From NCBI GenBank assembly GCA_029263215.1, contig JAJCXY010000053.1:76417-140416 (forward strand): a DNA stretch of 64,000 nt. Direction: 5' to 3'. The stretch is from Acidimicrobiales bacterium (GTDB lineage: Bacteria; Actinomycetota; Acidimicrobiia; Acidimicrobiales; Aldehydirespiratoraceae). Within the stretch, counting starts at the first letter, position 1; every line of letters begins with the position of its first letter. The notes under the pieces were generated by a model. It did not search any database, was not told the origin of the DNA, and worked only from the letters and a program-made list of their open reading frames with translations. Below are positions 17,941 through 25,244 of this stretch, in pieces. A program made the translations under genes and the position numbers.

Positions 17941-18449
17941 GTTTGCTCCTGGGGGGAAGAACGGATGGAGAGGCTGGTGAGGGCGATGATCAGCCCGAAG
18001 GAGATGGCGGCCATTTGGGGAATGGTCATCCAGCCGAATGCCTCGACCCAACGACCCGTGCAAGGGTTGGTTATGTCACATGCTGAGCTCTGCTCGGGGA
18101 ACCACTGGAGTTGGACGTGGTAGAGCGAGATCACCAGTCCGATCGAGGCGATGATCCGCACATAGGGCATGGGGCTGAGATCGCGGCGCAGGGCCGCTAT
18201 CGGCAGGATCACAGCCAGTGGGTACATGGCGATGCGCTGGTACCAGCAGAACTCACAAGGCAGGAAGTCGGCGAACTCCGAGAAGTAGAGACTTCCGAGG
18301 GTGGCGCCGACAGCCACCAGGGCCGCGATCTCGTGGGCGGACGGGGAGACCCGGGCCCGGAGGTCTGGAACCGAGAGCGCTGCGATCGTGCCGGCCGCGC
18401 CTCCCAGCAGGAGTAGCCCGAAGAATGTCGCCATCGTCGCGGAGGACAT
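17937..18449 (-). CDS. Disulfide bond formation protein B family (BdbC/DsbB-like)
   Basis: 170-aa ORF with four predicted TM segments. It carries the signature LPCEFCWYQRIAMYP and a second Cys pair in the later loop (SSACDITNPC). Confidence 0.8.
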   Translation of the reverse strand: MSSATMATFFGLLLLGGAAGTIAALSVPDLRARVSPSAHEIAALVAVGATLGSLYFSEFADFLPCEFCWYQRIAMYPLAVILPIAALRRDLSPMPYVRIIASIGLVISLYHVQLQWFPEQSSACDITNPCTGRWVEAFGWMTIPQMAAISFGLIIALTSLSIRSSPQEQT

Positions 18450-18456
18450 TCCGCTA

Positions 18457-18468
18457 TTGTACGTACAA
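18457..18468. promoter_or_regulatory. Perfect 12-bp palindrome TTGTACGTACAA, a candidate GntR/HutC-type operator
   Basis: Lies in the 69-bp divergent intergenic region between the dsbB-like gene and the GntR gene. It fits the GT-N-AC core typical of GntR-family sites. Confidence 0.55.
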
Positions 18469-18518
18469 ACGGAGATAAAACAGGTAGCGGCGCAACAAGA
18501 GGGTCAGAGGAGGAATCG

Positions 18519-19277
18519 ATGTCACTCACGCCCTTGGATCGTGGTAGCCCGATGCCCTTGTGGGCCCAGCTCGAAGTCGAGCTCCGCAAGCGTCTCGAGG
18601 CCGGAGAGTTCGACCTGGGCTTTCCCACCGACCTCCAGCTCACGACCAGCTACGAGGTGAGTCGCCACACCGCTCGCGAAGCGGTCCGCCAGTTGAGCGC
18701 CAGCGGCCTACTCACGCGTGAGCGGGGGCGGGGCACGGTGGTGAACCGCTCAGAATTCGAGCAGTCCCTGGGCGCTCTCTACAGCCTGTTCGAGTCGGTC
18801 GAGGCGGCGGGTGTCGAACAGGCCAGCGAGGTACTCAGGCTCGAAGTCGTCACCGACCCGGCGGCGGCCGCGAACCTCGGCGTGTCGGTGTCAGCCAAGC
18901 TGGTACTCCTCGAGCGACTTCGGCTCGCGGGAGGGGCGCCGCTGGCGGTCGACAGGGCCTGGCTGCCCCAGAAACTCGCCAAACCGCTGCTGAAGGTCGA
19001 TTGGAGCCGTACCGCTCTCTACGCGGAGCTCGCCGACATGGGTGCACCGGTGCCCAACCAGGGCTGGGAGCGGCTGACTCCGGTCATGCCGGGGGCGGTG
19101 GATCGAGAGCTGCTCGAACTCGACGAGAACGAAGCGGCATTCTTCCTCGAACGGCAAGGCAATCGCGACGGTACTCCGGTCGAGTGGCGCACCACGGTGA
19201 TCAGGGGTGATCGGTACCGCTTCGTCACCGATTGGACCACGGGAGAGCAAAGCCAGCTGAGGCCCACGGCTGTTTGA
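18519..19277 (+). CDS. GntR-family transcriptional regulator (HutC/UTRA subfamily)
   Basis: 252-aa ORF. The N-terminal wHTH is PLWAQLEVELRKRLEAGEF...LPTDLQLTTSYEVSRHTAREAVRQL. The C-terminal domain is UTRA-like. Confidence 0.85.
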   Translation: MSLTPLDRGSPMPLWAQLEVELRKRLEAGEFDLGFPTDLQLTTSYEVSRHTAREAVRQLSASGLLTRERGRGTVVNRSEFEQSLGALYSLFESVEAAGVEQASEVLRLEVVTDPAAAANLGVSVSAKLVLLERLRLAGGAPLAVDRAWLPQKLAKPLLKVDWSRTALYAELADMGAPVPNQGWERLTPVMPGAVDRELLELDENEAAFFLERQGNRDGTPVEWRTTVIRGDRYRFVTDWTTGEQSQLRPTAV

Positions 19278-19298
19278 TCAGCCGAGCCGGTGGGTGGT

Positions 19299-19544
19299 TC
19301 AACTCAACTTCAAGAAGAGTTTCTCGAGTTCGGCGGGGTCGGACTCGGAGTCGCGGTCGGCGAGGGCCGCGGCCATGAGTCGGAAGCCCACTCGATCGAG
19401 GGCCCCCTTGGCCGCAGCCAGTTGGGTGACGATGTCGCGACATTCTTCACCTTCGGCCACGAGCCGTTGGATGCCTCGGATCTGACCTTCGAGTCGACGG
19501 AGGCGCTTGATCACGTCGGCGTTGGTTTCCTCGGGGAACTGCAT
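19299..19544 (-). CDS. CsoR/RcnR/CstR-family (DUF156) metal- or persulfide-sensing type repressor with an atypical x-C-x-x sensor fingerprint
   Basis: ORF 19299..19658, with the start placed at MQFPEETNADVIKRLRRLEGQIRGIQRLV (ATG 19544). The family core is RLRRxEGQxRG. It has a single Cys (C35) and no His anywhere in the 81 aa. Confidence 0.8.
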   Translation of the reverse strand: MQFPEETNADVIKRLRRLEGQIRGIQRLVAEGEECRDIVTQLAAAKGALDRVGFRLMAAALADRDSESDPAELEKLFLKLS

Positions 19545-19553
19545 GGCGAGAGC

Positions 19554-19592
19554 ATACCTCCGGGGGTATTCGGAGCATACCTCGGGGGGTAT
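19554..19592. promoter_or_regulatory. Two tandem CsoR-type operators: ATACCTCCGGGGGTAT (19554..19569) and ATACCTCGGGGGGTAT (19577..19592)
   Basis: Both fit the ATACC-N6-GGTAT GC-cored inverted repeat. They sit in the divergent csoR-like/sulP intergenic region, inside a direct repeat GAGCATACCTC(C/G)GGGGGTAT. Confidence 0.7.
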
Positions 19593-19593
19593 G

Positions 19594-19622
19594 TTGACTA
19601 ATCCTCTTAATGTCCGTATATT
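19594..19622 (+). promoter_or_regulatory. Sigma-70-type promoter TTGACT-17 nt-TATATT driving a leaderless SulP mRNA
   Basis: The -35 box is at 19594..19599 and the -10 box at 19617..19622. The ATG of sulP is at 19630, 7 nt after the -10 box, with no room for an SD sequence. Confidence 0.6.
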
Positions 19623-19629
19623 CGTACAT

Positions 19630-21387
19630 ATGTCCTTCGCCTCCCGGTACCTCCCCATCCTGTCCTGGGCACCGGGATACCAGCGCTCCGATCTACGCAG
19701 CGATCTCGGCGCCGGGCTAACCGTCGGCGCGATGCTGGTCCCCCAGGCGATGGCCTACGCACTGCTCGCCGGACTTCCCCCCGAAGTAGGCCTTTACGCC
19801 GCAACCGTCCCGGTGATCATCTACGCCTTCTTCGGAACCTCCCGCCAACTCGCGGTCGGGCCGGTGGCGATCGTCTCCCTTCTCACCGCATCGGCCCTTG
19901 CCCCCCTGGTGGAGGAAGGCACCGCGGGCTACATCGGGGCCGCGGCCCTGCTCGCCCTGATGGTTGGCATCATCCACATCGTGCTCGGTGTGGGCCGCCT
20001 CGGATTCCTCGTCAACTTCCTGTCGCATTCAGTGCTGGTGGGGTTCACCGCCGCCGCGGCGCTGATAATCGGCTTCTCCCAGGTGAAGCACCTCCTGGGG
20101 ATCTCACTCGAACGAAAGGATCACTTCTACGAGACCGTGATCGCGGTGGGAGAGAATCTCGCCGATGCCCACGCAGTCACCGTGATCATCGGGTTGGGCT
20201 CGCTGGCCGTCCTGTTCACCCTGAAGCGACTGGTGCCTCAAATACCTGCCGCTCTGGTGGTGGTGGTGGGGTCGATCCTGGCCGTCGAACTCCTCCGTCT
20301 CGAACGTGAAGGGGTGTCGGTGGTTGGCGACATCCCCGACTCCTTGCCGGCCTTCGGCCTCCCCGACTTCGATGGCTCGATGATCAGCAACCTCGCCACC
20401 ACCGCCCTGGTGATCACCCTGGTGGGGTTCATGGAGTCCATCGCGGTGGCCAAGGTGTATGCCCGCCGTCATCGCTACGACATCGATGCCAACCGTGAAC
20501 TCATCGGGTTGGGAGCAGCCAACGTGGCCGCCGGCCTGTTCGGCGGCTACCCGGTGACCGGTGGGTTCTCTCGCACCGCGGTGAACGACACCGCCGGCGC
20601 TCGAACCCCAATGGCGTCACTCATCACCGCCGCCATCGTCTTGATGACGATCGCCTTCTTCACCCCGCTTCTCAGTTCCCTTCCCAACGCCGCACTCGGC
20701 GCGATCATCATCATGGCGGTGATCGGACTCATCGACGTGAAGGAGATGCGCCACATCATCGCGGTGAAGAAGTCGGACCTGATCGGTCTGGGAGTGGCCT
20801 TCGGAGCCACCCTCGTGCTCGGCATCGAGTTGGGTATAGGGGTGGCGGTGGTGGCATCGATGCTCGTCGTGTTCGCCCGCATGTCGAGCCCCCATGTGGC
20901 CACACTCGGCCACGTCAAGGGCACGACGAGCTACCGAAACGTCGAACGCTTCCCGGAAGTACAGATGGTCGAGGGAATGACCATCGTCCGAATCGACGCG
21001 GCCCTGTCATTCGCCAATGCCGCTTCGACAAAGCGCATCCTCCTCGCCTACGCCGACGCGATCGAATCGACCCCGCGAACCCTGCTGCTCGACGCGTCGG
21101 GTATCAACGATCTCGATGCCACCGGCGCCGAGATGCTGAGTGAGGTGATGCCCGACCTGGAAGACCGCGGTGTTGCCCTGCACCTGACCGACATAAAGGG
21201 TCCGGTGCGTGATGTCCTCCACCGGGCAGGGATCTGGGAGCAACTCGAAGGCCGTATTCATGCATCCACCCACGACGCCGTAAAAGCGATCATCGAGTTG
21301 AGATCCGCCCCCGGTGATCAGCGCCGATCGGGCATCGACGAAGGCCTCGGCGAGGCCTGGGCCGAGAACGGTCTGCTCGATGCCTGA
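19630..21387 (+). CDS. SulP-family anion transporter with a C-terminal STAS domain
   Basis: ORF 19507..21387, with the start placed at MSFASRYLPILSWAPGYQRSDLRSDLGAGLTVGAMLVPQAMAYA (ATG 19630). This is the canonical SulP N-terminus. A STAS domain is present at the C-terminus. Confidence 0.9.
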   Translation: MSFASRYLPILSWAPGYQRSDLRSDLGAGLTVGAMLVPQAMAYALLAGLPPEVGLYAATVPVIIYAFFGTSRQLAVGPVAIVSLLTASALAPLVEEGTAGYIGAAALLALMVGIIHIVLGVGRLGFLVNFLSHSVLVGFTAAAALIIGFSQVKHLLGISLERKDHFYETVIAVGENLADAHAVTVIIGLGSLAVLFTLKRLVPQIPAALVVVVGSILAVELLRLEREGVSVVGDIPDSLPAFGLPDFDGSMISNLATTALVITLVGFMESIAVAKVYARRHRYDIDANRELIGLGAANVAAGLFGGYPVTGGFSRTAVNDTAGARTPMASLITAAIVLMTIAFFTPLLSSLPNAALGAIIIMAVIGLIDVKEMRHIIAVKKSDLIGLGVAFGATLVLGIELGIGVAVVASMLVVFARMSSPHVATLGHVKGTTSYRNVERFPEVQMVEGMTIVRIDAALSFANAASTKRILLAYADAIESTPRTLLLDASGINDLDATGAEMLSEVMPDLEDRGVALHLTDIKGPVRDVLHRAGIWEQLEGRIHASTHDAVKAIIELRSAPGDQRRSGIDEGLGEAWAENGLLDA

Positions 21388-21952
21388 GTCGACGTGGCAG
21401 TCCCTGCTCGCAGCCCACGAGACGGCCCGCCGGCCAAACGTCGGCGAGGTTCCCGACCACCGGCCCGGCGCCGCGGTCCTTTGTTGTTCCGATGCACGAG
21501 TGCCGCCCTCAGCGGTGTTCGGCCAGTCCCACGGTGATCTTTTTGTGGTCCGCAACGCCGGCAACCTCGCCACTCCGGTTGCTGTAGCGAGTCTGGATTA
21601 CGCGGTGTCGGACCTCGGCGTCGATCTGGCCATCGTGATGGGACACACCCAATGTGGAGCAGTCAACGCGGCTCTGAACGACACCTCTGAACCTCACCTC
21701 GAGCCCGTTGTCGGACCCATCCTGGAATTGCTGGCCGACGAACCCGATCTCGACGCGGGTCAGTTGATCGAGAAGAACATCCTCAGCGCGCTCGACACGC
21801 TGGCCGCTTCCGGCGGACCCGTCGGCGAGGGCATTCGGGTAGGCGACGTACAGATCGTCGGCGCCCTCTACGACCTTGCGACCGATTCGGTCGTTGAAAT
21901 CTCGGCCCCCACCGACACCCGAGAACCCAGACACCTTTCGGAGGCACAATGA
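21380..21952 (+). CDS. Beta-class carbonic anhydrase
   Basis: ORF 21314..21952, with the start placed at MPESTWQSLL (ATG 21380), an 8-nt overlap with sulP. Zinc ligand motifs are CSDARV and HTQCGAV. Confidence 0.85.
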   Translation: MPESTWQSLLAAHETARRPNVGEVPDHRPGAAVLCCSDARVPPSAVFGQSHGDLFVVRNAGNLATPVAVASLDYAVSDLGVDLAIVMGHTQCGAVNAALNDTSEPHLEPVVGPILELLADEPDLDAGQLIEKNILSALDTLAASGGPVGEGIRVGDVQIVGALYDLATDSVVEISAPTDTREPRHLSEAQ

Positions 21953-22542
21953 CCACAACCTCATTTCCCGCGGCCGACACGATCGGAGCAGCAGAACTCG
22001 CACAGCTCATCGCCGCCCACCCTGAGCTCCGGGTACTCGATGTGCGCACCGGCGCAGAGTTCGAGGCCGTGCACATCCCCGGTTCCTACAATGTGCCGCT
22101 CGACACCCTCGGTGAGCACCTGAACGACCTGGCCGACGTGGATCATCCGGTCGTGTTGGTGTGCCAGTCTGGCGGTCGAGCCACCAATGCTCACAAGAGC
22201 CTGCTCGGAGCCGGCAAGGAGACTCTGCACATCCTCGATGGCGGGATGGGGGCATGGCAGACGATGGGCGGCGACGTGGTACGGACGTCGAGCGAGCGGT
22301 GGGCGCTCGACCGGCAGGTCCGATTGTTGGCCGGTGGTCTGATTGCTCTAGCGGTGGCCGCGAGCGTGCTGGCAACGTGGACGAGGTGGGTCGCGCTCTT
22401 CGTGGGCGGAGGCCTGTTTGTCTCCGCGGTGACCAATAGTTGCGCGATGGCTGCCGTTCTCGGCAAGCTCCCCTACAACCGGGGGAAGGGCTGCAACATC
22501 GCTGAAGTACTCGAAGGGCTGAACGGGGGAGTGGCGTCATGA
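21949..22542 (+). CDS. Rhodanese domain fused to a DUF2892-type membrane domain (YgaP-like sulfurtransferase)
   Basis: 197-aa ORF with the active-site loop CQSGGRA. The C-terminal hydrophobic domain (RLLAGGLIALAVAASVL...FVGGGLFVSAVTNSCAM) is typical of DUF2892. It overlaps the upstream stop (ATGA). Confidence 0.8.
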   Translation: MTTTSFPAADTIGAAELAQLIAAHPELRVLDVRTGAEFEAVHIPGSYNVPLDTLGEHLNDLADVDHPVVLVCQSGGRATNAHKSLLGAGKETLHILDGGMGAWQTMGGDVVRTSSERWALDRQVRLLAGGLIALAVAASVLATWTRWVALFVGGGLFVSAVTNSCAMAAVLGKLPYNRGKGCNIAEVLEGLNGGVAS

Positions 22543-22838
22543 ATCAGCATCAGGATCATCCCGTCACCAACTACGCCGACCTGATGGTGGGCGACGCCCA
22601 GCTGGTCGACGTTCGCGAGCCTCATGAGGTGGCCCAGGGCACCCTCCCCGATGCGGTCAACATTCCTCTCGGCGACCTCGCCAATCGCGTGGGGGAGCTC
22701 GATACCGATCGCCGGGTTGTGTTGCTCTGTCGCAGTGGTGGTCGCAGCGCCAACGCGGCCCAGTTCCTCACCAGGTCGGGGTTCGGTGATGTTTTCAACC
22801 TTGCTGGCGGAATGTTGGTGTTCGCCGCCCAGGGTTGA
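22539..22838 (+). CDS. Single-domain rhodanese sulfurtransferase
   Basis: 99-aa ORF with the active-site loop CRSGGRS. It overlaps the upstream stop (ATGA). Confidence 0.85.
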   Translation: MNQHQDHPVTNYADLMVGDAQLVDVREPHEVAQGTLPDAVNIPLGDLANRVGELDTDRRVVLLCRSGGRSANAAQFLTRSGFGDVFNLAGGMLVFAAQG

Positions 22839-22861
22839 CGCAATACCCCTAGGGGTATAAT
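22835..22861 (+). promoter_or_regulatory. Promoter TTGACG-15 nt-TATAAT with an embedded perfect CsoR-type palindrome ATACCCCTAGGGGTAT (22843..22858)
   Basis: A 16-bp perfect palindrome overlaps the -10 hexamer (22856..22861), 36 nt upstream of the ATG at 22897. The downstream AATGTCCGTA and GTACATAT strings are shared with the sulP promoter. Confidence 0.7.
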
Positions 22862-22896
22862 GTCCGTACATATAGTTTCGAAAGGGAATCTCGACG

Positions 22897-24273
22897 ATGA
22901 AGTTCACCCAGTACTACCTCGACTGCCTCTCGCAGGCGTCCTACCTGATCGGCGATGAGACCACCGGTCGCGCGGTGGTGGTCGATCCACGCCGCGATAT
23001 CGACGAATACGTCCGTGATGCCGCGGCCGAGGGACTCCAGATCGAGCTGATCCTCGAGACCCACTTCCACGCCGACTTCCTGTCCGGACATCTCGAGCTC
23101 GCGGCCGCAACCGGAGCGGCGATCGGCGTTTCGTCCATCGCCGAAGCCGAGTTCGAAGTGCGCGGTTTCGCCGATGGCGAGCGTTACTCCCTCGGTGAGG
23201 TCGAACTGGAGATACTCCACACCCCCGGCCATACCCCCGAGTCGATCAGCATCGTGGTGCGCGAGAACGCAGCCGACGAGACCCCGTGGGGTGTACTCAC
23301 CGGCGACACCCTCTTCATCGGCGATGTCGGCCGGCCCGACCTGTTGGCGTCGATCGGATTCACCCGCGACGAACTCGCCGACAAGCTGTACGACAGTCTC
23401 CACAACAAGCTCATGCCACTGCCCGACGACACCAGGGTGTTTCCCGCTCACGGCGCCGGATCAGCCTGCGGGAAAAACCTCTCCACCGAGACCTCCTCCA
23501 CCATGGGCGAACAGCGCGAAACCAACTACGCCCTGCTCGCTCCAGACAAGCAGTCGTTCATCGACTTGGTCACCGAGGGCCAGCCTCCCGCACCGGGGTA
23601 CTTCGTCTACGACGCCATCCTCAATCGCAAGGATCGGCCCCTGCTCGATGAGAAGACGCCGCCGGCGGCCCTCGACCTCGAAACCGTCGAGCGGATGATC
23701 GCCGATGGCGCAATGCTGATCGACGGGCGAGATCCCGAACACTTCGCCCCCGGTCATCTGGTGGGCGCCGTCAACGTCGGCCTCGAAGGCCGCTACGCCG
23801 AATTCGCCGGATCGGTGGTTCCGAGCGACGTCGACATTGTTCTCATGGTCGACCCCGGACGCGAAACCGAGGCCCGCAATCGGCTCGCTCGCATCGGCTT
23901 CGACCGGGTACTCGGGTTCCTGGAGGACCCCCTGCAGGTAATGGTCGACCATCCCGACAAGGTCGCTCACGGCTCGCGCCTCACGGTGCCCGAACTCGTC
24001 GAGCGGATCTCGTCGGTCGAGGGACTCCAACTGGTCGATATTCGAAACCCCGGCGAAGTTGCGTTGGGAATACTCGATGGAGCGCTCACCGTGCCGGTTG
24101 GTCAACTCCCGGCTCGTATCGACGAACTCGATCCTAAGGCCCCCACGGTTGTCTACTGCGCGGGGGGTTACCGCTCATCGGTGGCGGCCAGCTACATGCG
24201 AAGGGCCGGATTCTCCGATGTGTCTGACCTCGTGGGCGGCTATGGCGCCTGGCTCGAGATGGTCCCGGTCTGA
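22897..24273 (+). CDS. MBL-fold persulfide dioxygenase fused to two rhodanese-like domains (CstB-like)
   Basis: 458-aa ORF. The metallo-beta-lactamase motif is ETHFHADF...HTPGHTPES. There are two C-terminal rhodanese-like domains, the last with the active loop YCAGGYRSS. Confidence 0.88.
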   Translation: MKFTQYYLDCLSQASYLIGDETTGRAVVVDPRRDIDEYVRDAAAEGLQIELILETHFHADFLSGHLELAAATGAAIGVSSIAEAEFEVRGFADGERYSLGEVELEILHTPGHTPESISIVVRENAADETPWGVLTGDTLFIGDVGRPDLLASIGFTRDELADKLYDSLHNKLMPLPDDTRVFPAHGAGSACGKNLSTETSSTMGEQRETNYALLAPDKQSFIDLVTEGQPPAPGYFVYDAILNRKDRPLLDEKTPPAALDLETVERMIADGAMLIDGRDPEHFAPGHLVGAVNVGLEGRYAEFAGSVVPSDVDIVLMVDPGRETEARNRLARIGFDRVLGFLEDPLQVMVDHPDKVAHGSRLTVPELVERISSVEGLQLVDIRNPGEVALGILDGALTVPVGQLPARIDELDPKAPTVVYCAGGYRSSVAASYMRRAGFSDVSDLVGGYGAWLEMVPV

Positions 24274-24373
24274 ACAGTTGCGGTCTCGCTAATACCGGCG
24301 CAGCGTCGGCCGATCTAGCTTGGGTACGCTTGTTCGGCTCGGAATCCTTGAATCCCCAACCAGGAGCACCCCC

Positions 24374-25222
24374 ATGTTCCCCAAGAAGATCTCACTGTCC
24401 TCCCTCGTTCTCGCTGTCGCTCTTGTCGCAGCCGCTTGCGGCAGCGACGATCCGGTCGCCACCGACGACTCAGGCACCGACATGGAGTTGGTCGACGATG
24501 CCTCGATGGACGGCGACGAGATGGACGACCATGACGCGGACGCCATGGACGACCACGACATGGACGACCAGGACATGGAGGAGGGTGACAGTCACGAGCA
24601 CGATCACGAGGACGGCGTCACATCGGAGTGGCCCAGCGAGTTCGATGTCCCCACGGTCAACGTCGATGCGGTCGCCGAAGAGGGCGGCGTGGTGGAGCTA
24701 TCGATCGGGATCACAGGCTTCAGCATCGTGAGTGGTGACACCAGCGACGCTGGGGCCACCGAAGGCCATGTCCATGTGTATGTCGACGGCGTCGACTTGG
24801 GGATGTTCTTCGAAAGCGACGTTCGCCTCACCGGCGTTTCGCCCGGGCCCCATCAGCTGATGGTTGAGCTCGCAGCGGTCGACCATTCGGTGCTCGCAGT
24901 CGACGGCTCCCCCTTGCGGTACATGTCCGAGATCGTTGTGCCCGGAGAGGTCGTTGAGGCCGACGTGGTGATCGATGTGGTGATCGATGAATCCGGCGCT
25001 GTCGATGAGTTGATCGAAGCTGAAGCCTCAATCGGTGATCTGGTGGAGATCCGGGTCGAATCCGCAGTGTCGGAGGAACTCCACGTGCACGCCTACGACC
25101 ACGTCCTTGATGTGGGGGGCGACGGCGTGGCCGTCTTGAGGTTCGAGGCGGAGATTCCCGGCGTGTTCGAGGTGGAACTCGAGGGTTCAGGTCGTCAGGT
25201 GATCCAGCTCACCGTCTCGTAG
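24374..25222 (+). CDS. Lipoprotein with an Asp/His/Met-rich N-terminal region, a DUF4399-like HVHVYVDG segment and a cupredoxin-like C-terminal domain. It is a putative metal-binding protein.
   Basis: ORF 24320..25222, with the start placed at MFPKKISLSSLVLAVALVAAAC (lipobox) and AGGAG upstream. Contains MDGDEMDDHDADAMDDHDMDDQDMEEGDSHEHDHEDG. Confidence 0.65.
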   Translation: MFPKKISLSSLVLAVALVAAACGSDDPVATDDSGTDMELVDDASMDGDEMDDHDADAMDDHDMDDQDMEEGDSHEHDHEDGVTSEWPSEFDVPTVNVDAVAEEGGVVELSIGITGFSIVSGDTSDAGATEGHVHVYVDGVDLGMFFESDVRLTGVSPGPHQLMVELAAVDHSVLAVDGSPLRYMSEIVVPGEVVEADVVIDVVIDESGAVDELIEAEASIGDLVEIRVESAVSEELHVHAYDHVLDVGGDGVAVLRFEAEIPGVFEVELEGSGRQVIQLTVS

Positions 25223-25244
25223 CCGCTCTGCATACAGTGATGGG

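Noticed and set aside
19299-19658. Reading the CsoR-family gene as a copper sensor (CsoR proper), or using the full 119-aa ORF.
   Set aside because: The Cu(I) ligands His and the second Cys are absent from the conserved core. The 119-aa version would run across its own operators, the sulP -35 and -10 boxes and the sulP start codon. The 81-aa version starting at 19544 matches the family length.
24480-24600. A repetitive ATGGACGACCAYGAC-like DNA stretch that could be taken for a tandem repeat, a VNTR or a CRISPR-like array.
   Set aside because: It lies inside an intact reading frame and simply encodes the MDDHD-type acidic, His-rich low-complexity region of a lipoprotein. The repeats are short, imperfect and unspaced, so this is not a CRISPR array.
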